Below the pieces are notes generated by a model. It saw only the letters and a list, made by a program, of their open reading frames with translations. It had not been told where the DNA came from and did no database searches. A program made the translations under genes and the position numbers. A stretch of DNA of 64,000 nucleotides from an uncultured Acidobacteriota bacterium (lineage in GTDB: Bacteria; Acidobacteriota; Vicinamibacteria; Vicinamibacterales; 2-12-FULL-66-21), in NCBI GenBank assembly GCA_963742265.1, contig CAVULC010000003.1, positions 137,143-201,142 of the forward strand. The letters are read 5' to 3'. Positions 41,880 through 49,977 of this stretch are shown one piece after another (position 1 is the first letter of the stretch; every line of letters starts with the position of its first letter).

Positions 41880-42625
41880 ATGAGATTCGCGAATCGGTTT
41901 GTGCTGGCGGTGCTCCTGACCGTCCTGGGTTGCGGCAGCGCGTCGGCGCAAGCGTTGGATGTGCCCGCGCCGTCCATTGGTGCGGTCGCGCGGGAAATTC
42001 CGCGCGACCTGTGGAAGTTTTTTTCGTGGGATACAGCGATCGTGCTGGGCGTCGGAGGTGGGGCTGCGCTGATCGGGCACACATGGGACGACGATCTGTC
42101 CGGGGAGCTCGAGACCAACGTCAGCCTGAACAACGCGATGGAACCGGGACACACCTACGGTGCCTTCAGTTCGCAGGTGCTCATCGGAATCGGCATGTAT
42201 ACGGGTGGACGCTGGCCGGCAAGGGGGGGCTCGCACGTACTGGCGCCGACATCATGCGGGCGCAGCTCCTGAGCCAGGCGTACGTGCAGGTCCTCAAGTT
42301 CACCGCTCAACGTGAGCGTCCCGACGCCTCGAACAACTACTCGTTTCCGTCCGGTCATTCCGCCAGCGCGTTTGCCACCGCGACCGTCCTGCAGCGGCGT
42401 TACGGATGGAAGGTCGGCGTCCCCGCGATCGTGCTCGCCGGATACGTGGCGACTGCGCGCGTCCACGATAACAAGCACTACCTCAGTGACGTGATTTTCG
42501 GCGGTGCGATGGGCATCGCGGCGCAGCGCACGGTCACGCTCCATGCGGGCCAGTACGGCTTCACCGTCCTCCCCACGGCGGGATTGCGCGGTGGAGGCGT
42601 GACGGTGAGCGTTCAACCGCGGTAG
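41880..42625 (+). pseudogene. PAP2-family phosphatase with a frameshift near nt 42225
   Basis: The signal peptide is MRFANRFVLAVLLTVLGCGSASA. The PAP2 motifs KFTAQRERP, PSGHS and ARVHDNKHYLSDV are in the second frame. Confidence 0.8.
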
Positions 42626-42658
42626 CGGCGATTGGTGTCGTGCACGTGATCGCGCCGG

Positions 42659-43762
42659 TCAGCCGCCCGAGGGCACCGCCGGCGGCAGCATGTAGAGCGT
42701 CATCGCGAAAATCAGGTAGACCATCAGCACCAGCGCACCGACGAACCACGCCGACCGGCCGCTGTTGGTCACGAGCGTAGCGGTGAACGTCGCGATCAGC
42801 ATCATCACCACGGCACCGGTCCAGAAACGCAGATCCATCGGCGCCGGGCCGAGCACGTAGCTGAGCAGCACCAGCACCGGCGCCACGAAGAGCGCAATCT
42901 GGGACGCGCTGCCAAGTGCGATGCCGACGCTCAGATCGAGCCGGTTCTTGCGGGCTCCTGAAAAGGCGGAAGCCATCTCCGCCGCCGCACCGACCAGGGC
43001 CACCACGATGAATCCGACGAATGCCGGCGTCATCCCGAATGCGACTGCGGCCTGTTGTACCGATTCGACGAAGACCTCGCTCACGAGCGCGACCAGCACC
43101 GTCACGACTGCCAGGATAGCCAGAGCCACGCCAATCGGCCAGGCTGGTTCCCCCTCAGCGCCATGCTCCGCACTCGCGAACAACTCGCGATGGGTCTTGA
43201 GAGAAAAGAGCATCCCGAGCGCGTACGACGTGATCAACAACACCGACAGTCCAACACTCAGCCGCTGCGTAAACGCCGCCCCTGTGACGGAATCAGCGCT
43301 GGCGACCGTCGAGGGCACCAACAACGCGATCGTCGCCAGAAACAGCAGGCTCGCCTGCAGACGCGCGGTCACCCGGTTGAACTCCTGGACGTGATACTTC
43401 AAGCCGCCCAGAAGAAAAGAGGCGCCCAGCATGAACAAGGTGTTGGTGACGATGGCGCCGGCAATCGAGGCTTTGACCAGCATGTATTGGCCGGAGCGTA
43501 AGGCAGCCAGCGCGATCACCAGTTCGGTGAGGTTGCCAAGCGTGGCGTTGAGCAGCCCTCCGACTGTGTCGCCGGTCTTCGCCGCCACCGACTCGGTCGC
43601 GTGACTCAGCAACGTGGCGAGCGGGACGATGGCGATCACCGACAGGACGAACAGCAGCGTGTGGGCGTCCGGTGCGCGCGCCTCGGCCGCGAACACCACC
43701 GGTACGAAGATCAGCAGGCACAGCAGCGGGTTGTGACGAAGGGCGCCGATCACTGCACTCAT
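42659..43762 (-). CDS. cax: Ca2+/H+ antiporter (CaCA/CAX family)
   Basis: It has about 11 TM helices and two alpha-repeat motifs, LGNLTELVIALAAL and VGAAAEMASAF. The length (367 aa) is typical of the family. Confidence 0.85.
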   Translation of the reverse strand: MSAVIGALRHNPLLCLLIFVPVVFAAEARAPDAHTLLFVLSVIAIVPLATLLSHATESVAAKTGDTVGGLLNATLGNLTELVIALAALRSGQYMLVKASIAGAIVTNTLFMLGASFLLGGLKYHVQEFNRVTARLQASLLFLATIALLVPSTVASADSVTGAAFTQRLSVGLSVLLITSYALGMLFSLKTHRELFASAEHGAEGEPAWPIGVALAILAVVTVLVALVSEVFVESVQQAAVAFGMTPAFVGFIVVALVGAAAEMASAFSGARKNRLDLSVGIALGSASQIALFVAPVLVLLSYVLGPAPMDLRFWTGAVVMMLIATFTATLVTNSGRSAWFVGALVLMVYLIFAMTLYMLPPAVPSGG

Positions 43763-43866
43763 CAGGCTAGCGCCTCAACTTTTCTGGTGGACAGGAGCGG
43801 ATCCTACAGACTTTGCTCCGCCGTGGCAAACCGGTTCTGGGATCGGGGGCCGGATCGCCGGTCAGC

Positions 43867-43896
43867 TTGCCTGGGGCGGCGCACCCCTCGTATAAT
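43867..43896 (+). promoter_or_regulatory. sigma70-type promoter for tRNA-Gln (TTGCCT-N18-TATAAT)
   Basis: A near-consensus -35 lies at 43867-43872 and a perfect -10 at 43891-43896. The -10 ends 21 nt upstream of the tRNA 5' end. Confidence 0.5.
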
Positions 43897-43917
43897 CAAG
43901 GTTTCCCGCCTGGCTGT

Positions 43918-43991
43918 TGGGACGTCGTTCAACGGTAGGACAGCAGACTCTGACTCTGCTTATTGGGGTTCGAATCCCTACGTCCCAGCCA
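43918..43991 (+). tRNA. tRNA-Gln: tRNA-Gln (anticodon CUG), CCA encoded
   Basis: Cloverleaf folded by hand. The acceptor stem is TGGGACG/CGTCCCA, the anticodon stem GCAGA/TCTGC with loop CTCTGAC, and the T-loop TTCGAAT. It is 74 nt, with the U1-A72 pair and the G73 discriminator typical of tRNA-Gln. Confidence 0.9.
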
Positions 43992-43992
43992 A

Positions 43993-44107
43993 CCTTCGCT
44001 CACGCTCCGCGTGAGCTTCGGCTAGGCTGGCTCCGCCAGCCGTTCTTGCGAACTATCGGACGTGCGAAGGATGTCTCGCTGAAGCTCACGCGCAGCGTGA
44101 GCGGAGG
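43993..44107. repeat. MITE/REP-like element: two 30-bp inverted copies of CCTYCGCTCACGCTSCGCGTGAGCTTC flanking 55 bp
   Basis: Left arm 43993-44022, right arm 44078-44107 (26/30 matches as reverse complement). Each arm is itself a hairpin, GCTCACGC..GCGTGAGC. The element starts 2 nt after the tRNA. Confidence 0.6.
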
Positions 44108-44542
44108 CGGACCGCATTTTCCGCATCCCTCTGACTGCGTACGATTCCGTCTGCTCCGTTCGGGAGCGATCCACGGCACTACGTCGTAACCGCGGTCCAT
44201 CTTGTTCTGCACCTGCTGATAGTGTTGCTGGTTCAGCAAGACGGCTCGGCGCAGCGACCTGAAGAACTGGGGGGTACGACGATCCGCTTGGGACCGAAAT
44301 CAGCGCTCGCGAATTTCTGAGCACGCTGTCGATCGTCTCGAACGCAAGCCTGTGGACAACCTGAAGAAAATCAGCGTCCCGGTGCTGGTCACCAACTCCT
44401 CGGCGGACTCGGGAATCCCGCCGCTCGAGCGAGGGTTTACCGTGGGCGGCAGTCTCAGCCCCCGGGTCCAGCCATGCTTCAGCCGGGTCGCGCGTCGTCG
44501 AGCGTTTCTGTCCCGAAGGCTTCTGAACAGCGCGGACCAGGA

Positions 44543-44568
44543 AATCCAAACAGCGCAGTGGGCCGTAT
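44543..44568 (+). promoter_or_regulatory. candidate ECF-type promoter upstream of the sigma gene (AATCCAA-N12-GCCGTAT)
   Basis: The same bipartite motif, with identical spacing, recurs upstream of the DUF4331 operon at 46089-46114. It ends 21 nt before the sigma ORF. Confidence 0.35.
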
Positions 44569-44588
44569 GACGAATGCGGACCCTATAA

Positions 44589-45158
44589 TTGCAACAGGTG
44601 ACGAGCGGAAGCGGCACAGCGGGTCTTCAGGACGGCGTCGTCGCGCGCCTTGCCGCGGGTGACATGGAGGCTGCCGAAGAACTCTACGACCTGTATGCCG
44701 GCCAGGTCCTGGCACTGGCGCGCCGCATCCTGCGCGACCAGGGGGATGCTGAAGATGTCGTGCAGGAGGTCTTCTCGCAGGCCTGGCGGACGGCTCCCAC
44801 CTTCGAGAGGGCGAGGGGCACGGTCATCGGCTGGTTGCTGGTGATGGCTCGTTCTCGCGCGATTGACCGGTTGCGCGCCAAACAGGCCCGTCCGGACACG
44901 CGATCAGCGGTCGTGCCCGACTCGATAGCCGCAGCGGATACTCCGATATCAGATCGTCTGCTGACCGACGAGCAGGCGGTGCAGGTGCGTGACGCGTTAC
45001 AGCGGCTGCCGGATGTGCAGCGGGATGCGCTCGAACTCGCGTACTACGAAGGCCTCACGCAGGCAGAGATCGCGACACGGTTGAGTGAACCGCTTGGAAC
45101 GATCAAGACGCGGATGCGCACGGCGCTCGGCACGCTGCGACAGAGGCTGCGATCATGA
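44589..45158 (+). CDS. ECF-family RNA polymerase sigma factor (SigK-like, paired with an RskA-type anti-sigma)
   Basis: Region 2 reads LYDLYAGQVLALARRIL..GDAEDVVQEVFSQAWR. Region 4 reads LTQAEIATRLSEPLGTIKTRMR. The start is uncertain (TTG 44589 or GTG 44598). Confidence 0.9.
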   Translation: MQQVTSGSGTAGLQDGVVARLAAGDMEAAEELYDLYAGQVLALARRILRDQGDAEDVVQEVFSQAWRTAPTFERARGTVIGWLLVMARSRAIDRLRAKQARPDTRSAVVPDSIAAADTPISDRLLTDEQAVQVRDALQRLPDVQRDALELAYYEGLTQAEIATRLSEPLGTIKTRMRTALGTLRQRLRS

Positions 45159-45946
45159 GCATGGATCGTCACGACATCGTCAGCGCCATGCTGGACGAAT
45201 ACGTCCTCAGCACGATCACTCCAGAGCAACGCCGTGAGGTCGACGCGCATCTCCGGACATGCGCCGAGTGCACCGCCGAAGTTCGCGAACTGTCCATGGT
45301 GATGGAGGGCCTGGCGCGTGCTCCGGAAGCAGTGACTCCGCCCGTGGCACTCAAGGCTCGGGTCATGCGGGCGATCGCCGACCAACCGCGCCGCACGCTA
45401 TCTGTGGTGGCGCCGCCTCGCCTCACGCCGGCAGGCTGGAGCAATGGCTGGCTCGCTGCCGCGGCCGCGATCATCCTCGTCCTCGGCGGCGCGCTCTACA
45501 TGTCATACGAAAGGACTCGCCGCTTCTCCGATGAACTGCGCCGCACTGATGCCGAGATGGCGGAGTTGCGGCAGCGCCTGAACGAATACTCCGGGCAGAC
45601 GGATCTCGCGCTGTCGATCCTGACTGCATCGGATATGCAGCGCATCGAGCTTGCCGGCTCCGCGTCAGGAGCCCGTGCCTACTGGAGTGCCACGCGCGGG
45701 CTGCTCGTCGCTGCGGACCAGTTGCCCGTCCCGCCTCCCGGCCGCATCTATCAAGTCTGGTTGATCGGCGGTGGTGCGCCGGTCAGTGCCGGCGTGCTGG
45801 GAAGTCCGCGAAGCGGCCGCGGCATGCTCATCGCCCCACCTCCCGGTGGCATTGCCCCCGGCCCAGTCACCGTGGCGGTCACCGACGAACCTCCCGGCGG
45901 CCTTCCCGCACCCACAGGCGCGAAGCACCTCGTCGGCTCGATCTGA
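45155..45946 (+). CDS. anti-sigma factor, zf-HC2 N-domain plus RskA-type extracytoplasmic domain
   Basis: There is an ATGA overlap with the sigma gene. The HxxxCxxC motif is HLRTCAECTAEV, the single TM helix is WLAAAAAIILVLGGALYM, and the C-domain motif is IYQVWLIGGGAPVSAGVL. Confidence 0.85.
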   Translation: MSMDRHDIVSAMLDEYVLSTITPEQRREVDAHLRTCAECTAEVRELSMVMEGLARAPEAVTPPVALKARVMRAIADQPRRTLSVVAPPRLTPAGWSNGWLAAAAAIILVLGGALYMSYERTRRFSDELRRTDAEMAELRQRLNEYSGQTDLALSILTASDMQRIELAGSASGARAYWSATRGLLVAADQLPVPPPGRIYQVWLIGGGAPVSAGVLGSPRSGRGMLIAPPPGGIAPGPVTVAVTDEPPGGLPAPTGAKHLVGSI

Positions 45947-46088
45947 GTCAGCTTCCAGCTTCGATCTCCCAGCTTCGCGTTGGTGCCGCGATGACCGGCG
46001 CCCCATCCAACCGCAGGACGCGCCGTAGTCCATTCTGAGCGTCACGGCGACGCACAGGAGGACTACCTACCTCCCATCTCCTGCCTCC

Positions 46089-46114
46089 AATCCAACTTGC
46101 AGATCCGCCCGTAA
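46089..46114 (+). promoter_or_regulatory. candidate ECF-type promoter upstream of the DUF4331 operon (AATCCAA-N12-CCCGTAA)
   Basis: It matches the site at 44543-44568 in both half-sites and in spacing. It ends 43 nt before ATG 46158. A weaker relative, CATCCAA-N11-GCCGTAG, lies at 46004-46028. Confidence 0.35.
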
Positions 46115-46157
46115 CTCAATCAGTGAACGATTTCTTGTTGGCCCCACCGGAGGATTT

Positions 46158-47936
46158 ATGCACAAGCTCGTGAAAGGAACTCTGACTGCTACGGCGATGG
46201 CCGTAGCCGCAGGGATGGTCATGCAGGCGTCCAGCCACAGGGAGGCGCCGGGCATCACCAAGTATCCGAAACTCGACGGCACCGATTTCTACATGTTCCG
46301 CAGCTACGAGGCTGGCCGCGCCGACTATGTCACGCTGCTCGCCAATTACTATCCGCTACAGGACCCAGGCAGTGGTCCCAATCACTTCATGCTCGACGAG
46401 GACGCCGTCTACGAGATCCACGTCGACAACTCCGGTGACGGACGCGAGGACCTGACGTTCCAGTTCCAGTTCCAGAACAAGAGCAAGAACATTTCGGTGC
46501 CGGTGGGCGACAAGATGACGCCGATCCCGCTGATCAACGCCGGCCAGATTGGGCCGGGCAGGGACGACACCGCCAGCCTCAACGTCGAGGAGACCTACAC
46601 GCTGTCGCTGATCCGGGGCGCACGTCGCACCGGGCAGCGAACCAGCATCACCGATGTTCAGACCGGTAGCGCGACGTTCAAGAAGCCGGTGGACCGCATC
46701 GGTGACAAGTCAGTGCCGGCCTACGGCCAGTACGCTGACAATCATCGATACGACATTGATATTCCCGGGTGCGCCGCCGGGGGCCGGGTGTTCGTGGGGC
46801 AACGCCGCGAGGGGTTTGTCATCAACGTCGGCGAAGTCCTCGACTTAATCAACACCAACCCGCTCGGTCCAGAGAATGGTGAGAAGAACGACCTCGCCGG
46901 CAAGAACATCACCACCCTGGCACTGGAAGTGCCGATCTCGTGCCTGATTGCGGGCGACCCGATCATCGGTGCGTGGACGACATCGAGCATGGGGAAGGGT
47001 ACCCCAGCCGCCGACGCGAGTAGCGCCACATCGTCGTCATCGCCAACTGTGGTGACAGCATGCCCCGCCGGACGGCCCGCGTCAGCGAAGCCCTCAGCAA
47101 GCTTCGTCCCCACACAGGACTGCAACGGCTGGGTACCGTCCAATCACCCGCAGGCGCTCGGCAACAGCAGTGTGAATGGCAACGGCAATGGCAACAGCTC
47201 GGCATCATCGGCCGCAGCGGCGTGCCCCGCCGGGCAACCGGCTTCGGCACAGCCGTCGCCGTCCTTCGTTCCAACGCAGGACTGCAACGGCTGGGTGCCG
47301 GCCAATCATCCCCAGGCGCGGAGTGCCGCGGCGGGCACACCTCCGGGGCAATTCACGCAGGTGTCAAGACTGGGGATGCCCCTGGTCAACGAAGTGGTCA
47401 TTGGATTGAAAGACAAGGACAAGTTCAACGCCAGCGAACCGAGTGGTGACGCGCAGTTCCTTGATTACGTGACGCACCCGTCGTTGCCGGTATTGATCCA
47501 GCTGCTCTTCGGCGTTGCGCCGCCGCCGGTGCCGCGCGCCGATCTTGTGGCTGTGTTCCTGACCGGCGTCATGGGCCTGAACCAGCCGACCAACGTGTCG
47601 CCTTCGGAGATGCTGCGCCTGAACACCGGCATCGCTCCCGTCGCTGAAGGAGCGCAGAACCGGCTGGGCGTCATCGGCGGCGACAACGCTGGATTCCCGA
47701 ACGGCCGTCGCCCTGGCGACGACATCGTCGACATCGAATTGCGTGTGGTGGAAGGAATTCTTCTGACACCCAATTCGATCAATCAGGTACTGACGGACGG
47801 CGCGTTTGCGAACGCGACGATCGCCTATGATCCGCTCGGCAACATTACCGGCGACAGTACCTACCGCCTGTATCGCTCTTCCTTTCCTTACCTGACGACA
47901 CCGTTGTCAGCGTCACCCAACCCCACACATCAGTAA
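46158..47936 (+). CDS. secreted DUF4331-domain protein with a ~110-aa low-complexity/duplicated insert
   Basis: A GGAGG sits 7 nt before the ATG. The signal peptide is followed by the family N-terminal signature SSHREAPGITKYPKLDGTDFYMF...YEIHVDNSGDGREDL, and the later motif VSRLGMPLVNEVVIGLKDKDKFNASEP is present. Confidence 0.8.
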   Translation: MHKLVKGTLTATAMAVAAGMVMQASSHREAPGITKYPKLDGTDFYMFRSYEAGRADYVTLLANYYPLQDPGSGPNHFMLDEDAVYEIHVDNSGDGREDLTFQFQFQNKSKNISVPVGDKMTPIPLINAGQIGPGRDDTASLNVEETYTLSLIRGARRTGQRTSITDVQTGSATFKKPVDRIGDKSVPAYGQYADNHRYDIDIPGCAAGGRVFVGQRREGFVINVGEVLDLINTNPLGPENGEKNDLAGKNITTLALEVPISCLIAGDPIIGAWTTSSMGKGTPAADASSATSSSSPTVVTACPAGRPASAKPSASFVPTQDCNGWVPSNHPQALGNSSVNGNGNGNSSASSAAAACPAGQPASAQPSPSFVPTQDCNGWVPANHPQARSAAAGTPPGQFTQVSRLGMPLVNEVVIGLKDKDKFNASEPSGDAQFLDYVTHPSLPVLIQLLFGVAPPPVPRADLVAVFLTGVMGLNQPTNVSPSEMLRLNTGIAPVAEGAQNRLGVIGGDNAGFPNGRRPGDDIVDIELRVVEGILLTPNSINQVLTDGAFANATIAYDPLGNITGDSTYRLYRSSFPYLTTPLSASPNPTHQ

Positions 47937-48002
47937 AAGGATGTGGTGCCCCGGGTCGCCATGGGCGGCCCGGCGGCACTCGCACGTTGTCAGGACCATG
48001 TC

Positions 48003-48845
48003 ATGATGCCGACCTTCAACGCACGTCGCTTTCACGCCGCTGCCATCCTGGCGACCCTGATGTTCGCTGGGGTCGGGCTGGCCGCTCACGATCTGTGGAT
48101 AGAGCCTTCTGCATTCGTCGCTTCAGTTGACAAGCCACTGGCCATCCGGCTTCGCGTCGGGGCAAACCTCCTGGGAGATCCCGTCGCCCGTGATCCCGAT
48201 TTGATCGAGCGTTTCATCTCAGTGACCGGCTCAGACGAATCCCCCGTGCCCGGGCCCGATGGCGTGGACCCCGCGGGCATCCTGCGCGTAGGAGCGACGG
48301 GGCTCACGATCGTCGGCTACTCCAGCAAACCCAGCCGCGTCGTTCTGCCTGCACAGAAGTTCAATGATTACCTGACGGAAGAGGGCCTCGAGTCGATCAC
48401 CGCGTTGAGAGTGAAGCACAACCAGAGCCAGTCTGAAGCGCACGAAGAATTCTCCCGATGTGCCAAGGCGCTGATCTCCTCTGGTCCTGCCGGCACGGCT
48501 GGTGATCGGGCCATCGGTTTCACGTTGGAACTCATCGCCGAACGTAATCCTTACTCGTTGCGGTTCGGCGAGGCACTTCCTGTGCGGTTGCTCTATAGAA
48601 ACCAGCCGCTCAGCGGTGCTCTCGTCGTCGCGCTGAACAAACGCGATCCGTCACAGAAGGTGTCGGCGCGCTCTGGCAAGGATGGTCGCGTTTCACTCAT
48701 CCTCAGGGAGCCGGGCATGTGGCTGGTGAAAGCCGTGCACATGATTCCCGCTCCGGCCGCCAGCGATGTGCAGTGGTCCAGTTTCTGGGCATCGTTGACC
48801 TTCGAGCTTCCGGGAGGCGCCGCGACGGCGTCGCGTCAAAGATGA
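48003..48845 (+). CDS. secreted DUF4198-domain protein (family linked to Ni/Co uptake loci)
   Basis: The signal peptide ...LMFAGVGLA is followed by AHDLWIEPSAF, the usual mature start of the family. The length is ~280 aa. The track ORF start at 47943 is a less likely GTG. Confidence 0.7.
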   Translation: MMPTFNARRFHAAAILATLMFAGVGLAAHDLWIEPSAFVASVDKPLAIRLRVGANLLGDPVARDPDLIERFISVTGSDESPVPGPDGVDPAGILRVGATGLTIVGYSSKPSRVVLPAQKFNDYLTEEGLESITALRVKHNQSQSEAHEEFSRCAKALISSGPAGTAGDRAIGFTLELIAERNPYSLRFGEALPVRLLYRNQPLSGALVVALNKRDPSQKVSARSGKDGRVSLILREPGMWLVKAVHMIPAPAASDVQWSSFWASLTFELPGGAATASRQR

Positions 48846-49969
48846 TCGCCACTTGTGTGCACCCGTCACGCGCAACAGTGTTGGCGGCGCTGCTGTTCGC
48901 GCTGCTGGCGGTACGCCCATCTTCTGCCGCCGCCCACGAGATCGGCACATCACGCGTCGCCCTCACTCTGAGTGCGGCCGGCACCTACGACGTGGAGGTC
49001 GTCACAGATGCGGCAGTGCTGCTCGAGAGGCTCGAGGCAGTTGGAGGCAGCCGGATCCACGTGCCGTCCGAGGCGACTCTGCTTCGCGATCGGCTGCAGC
49101 GCCAAGAGGACGTGTTCCGCCGCACCGCGCGGCTCACATTCGATCTTCCGAACGACCAGCCGGCGATTGTGTGGAGCGTCAGCCCTGGCGCCGGGCTTGC
49201 CAGTCCCCTGGTGACGATTCATTTGCGAGGTGCTGTGCCGCAAGGGTCCAGTCATGTCACCTGGACCTATGGATGGACGTCCTCGCGGTATGCGTTCAGC
49301 ATCACGCGGGCTGAGGACGCCAGTGCGTCCACCGAATGGCTGGACGGTGATCAAACGAGCACGCCGGCGCCTGTGCAGAACGCCTCCGCCGAGCGCTCGC
49401 GGGTCCGGATCCTCGCCCAGTATGTTGGCCTGGGGTTCACGCACATTCTGCCGAAAGGCATCGATCACGTGCTGTTCGTCCTCGGCGTGTTCCTCCTGAC
49501 TCGCCGGGCGCGGCCGGTGCTTCTCCAGATCAGCGCCTTCACCATCGCTCACTCGATTACTCTTGGCCTGAGCATCTACGGGATCGTGTCGCTGCCGTCA
49601 GCCGTTGTCGAACCAGCCATTGCGCTGTCGATCGCCTACATCGCCGTCGAGAACCTCCTGACCAGGGACCTGAAGCCGTGGCGTTACGCGCTGGTCTTCC
49701 TGTTCGGACTTCTGCACGGCCTGGGATTCGCCGGCGCGCTGAGCGAGCTCGGTCTTCCTCGCGAAGACTTTCTCCTCGCGCTGCTCGGCTTCAATGCCGG
49801 CGTCGAACTGGGGCAGTTGACGGTGATCGCGCTGGCTTTCGCCGGGGTCGGTTACTGGTTCCGTGAGCGCGTGTGGTACCGCCAGCGGGTCGTGGTGCCG
49901 GCGTCGGTGTGTATCGCCTTTCTTGGTCTGTATTGGACCGTGCAGCGCCTCAGCCAAGGCATCCTCTGA
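48842..49969 (+). CDS. HupE/UreJ-like membrane protein with an N-terminal periplasmic domain
   Basis: There is an ATGA overlap with the upstream gene. A signal peptide and a ~190-aa soluble domain precede GFTHILPKGIDHVLFVLGVFLL...LLHGLGFAGAL, which are HupE_UreJ-type TM motifs. Confidence 0.7.
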   Translation: MIATCVHPSRATVLAALLFALLAVRPSSAAAHEIGTSRVALTLSAAGTYDVEVVTDAAVLLERLEAVGGSRIHVPSEATLLRDRLQRQEDVFRRTARLTFDLPNDQPAIVWSVSPGAGLASPLVTIHLRGAVPQGSSHVTWTYGWTSSRYAFSITRAEDASASTEWLDGDQTSTPAPVQNASAERSRVRILAQYVGLGFTHILPKGIDHVLFVLGVFLLTRRARPVLLQISAFTIAHSITLGLSIYGIVSLPSAVVEPAIALSIAYIAVENLLTRDLKPWRYALVFLFGLLHGLGFAGALSELGLPREDFLLALLGFNAGVELGQLTVIALAFAGVGYWFRERVWYRQRVVVPASVCIAFLGLYWTVQRLSQGIL

Positions 49970-49977
49970 ACTTCAGT

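Noticed and set aside
44584-44589. A perfect TATAAT just upstream of the sigma gene, considered as its housekeeping -10 element.
   Set aside because: There is no acceptable -35 at 16-18 nt upstream (the sequence there is GGCCGT), and the hexamer abuts the TTG start. The shared ECF-type motif 20 nt further upstream is the better candidate.
43918-44600. Genomic island or prophage integrated at tRNA-Gln.
   Set aside because: The adjacent DNA has no integrase, excisionase or phage genes, and I found no duplicated copy of the tRNA 3' end. Only a short repeat element and a possible gene remnant are present.
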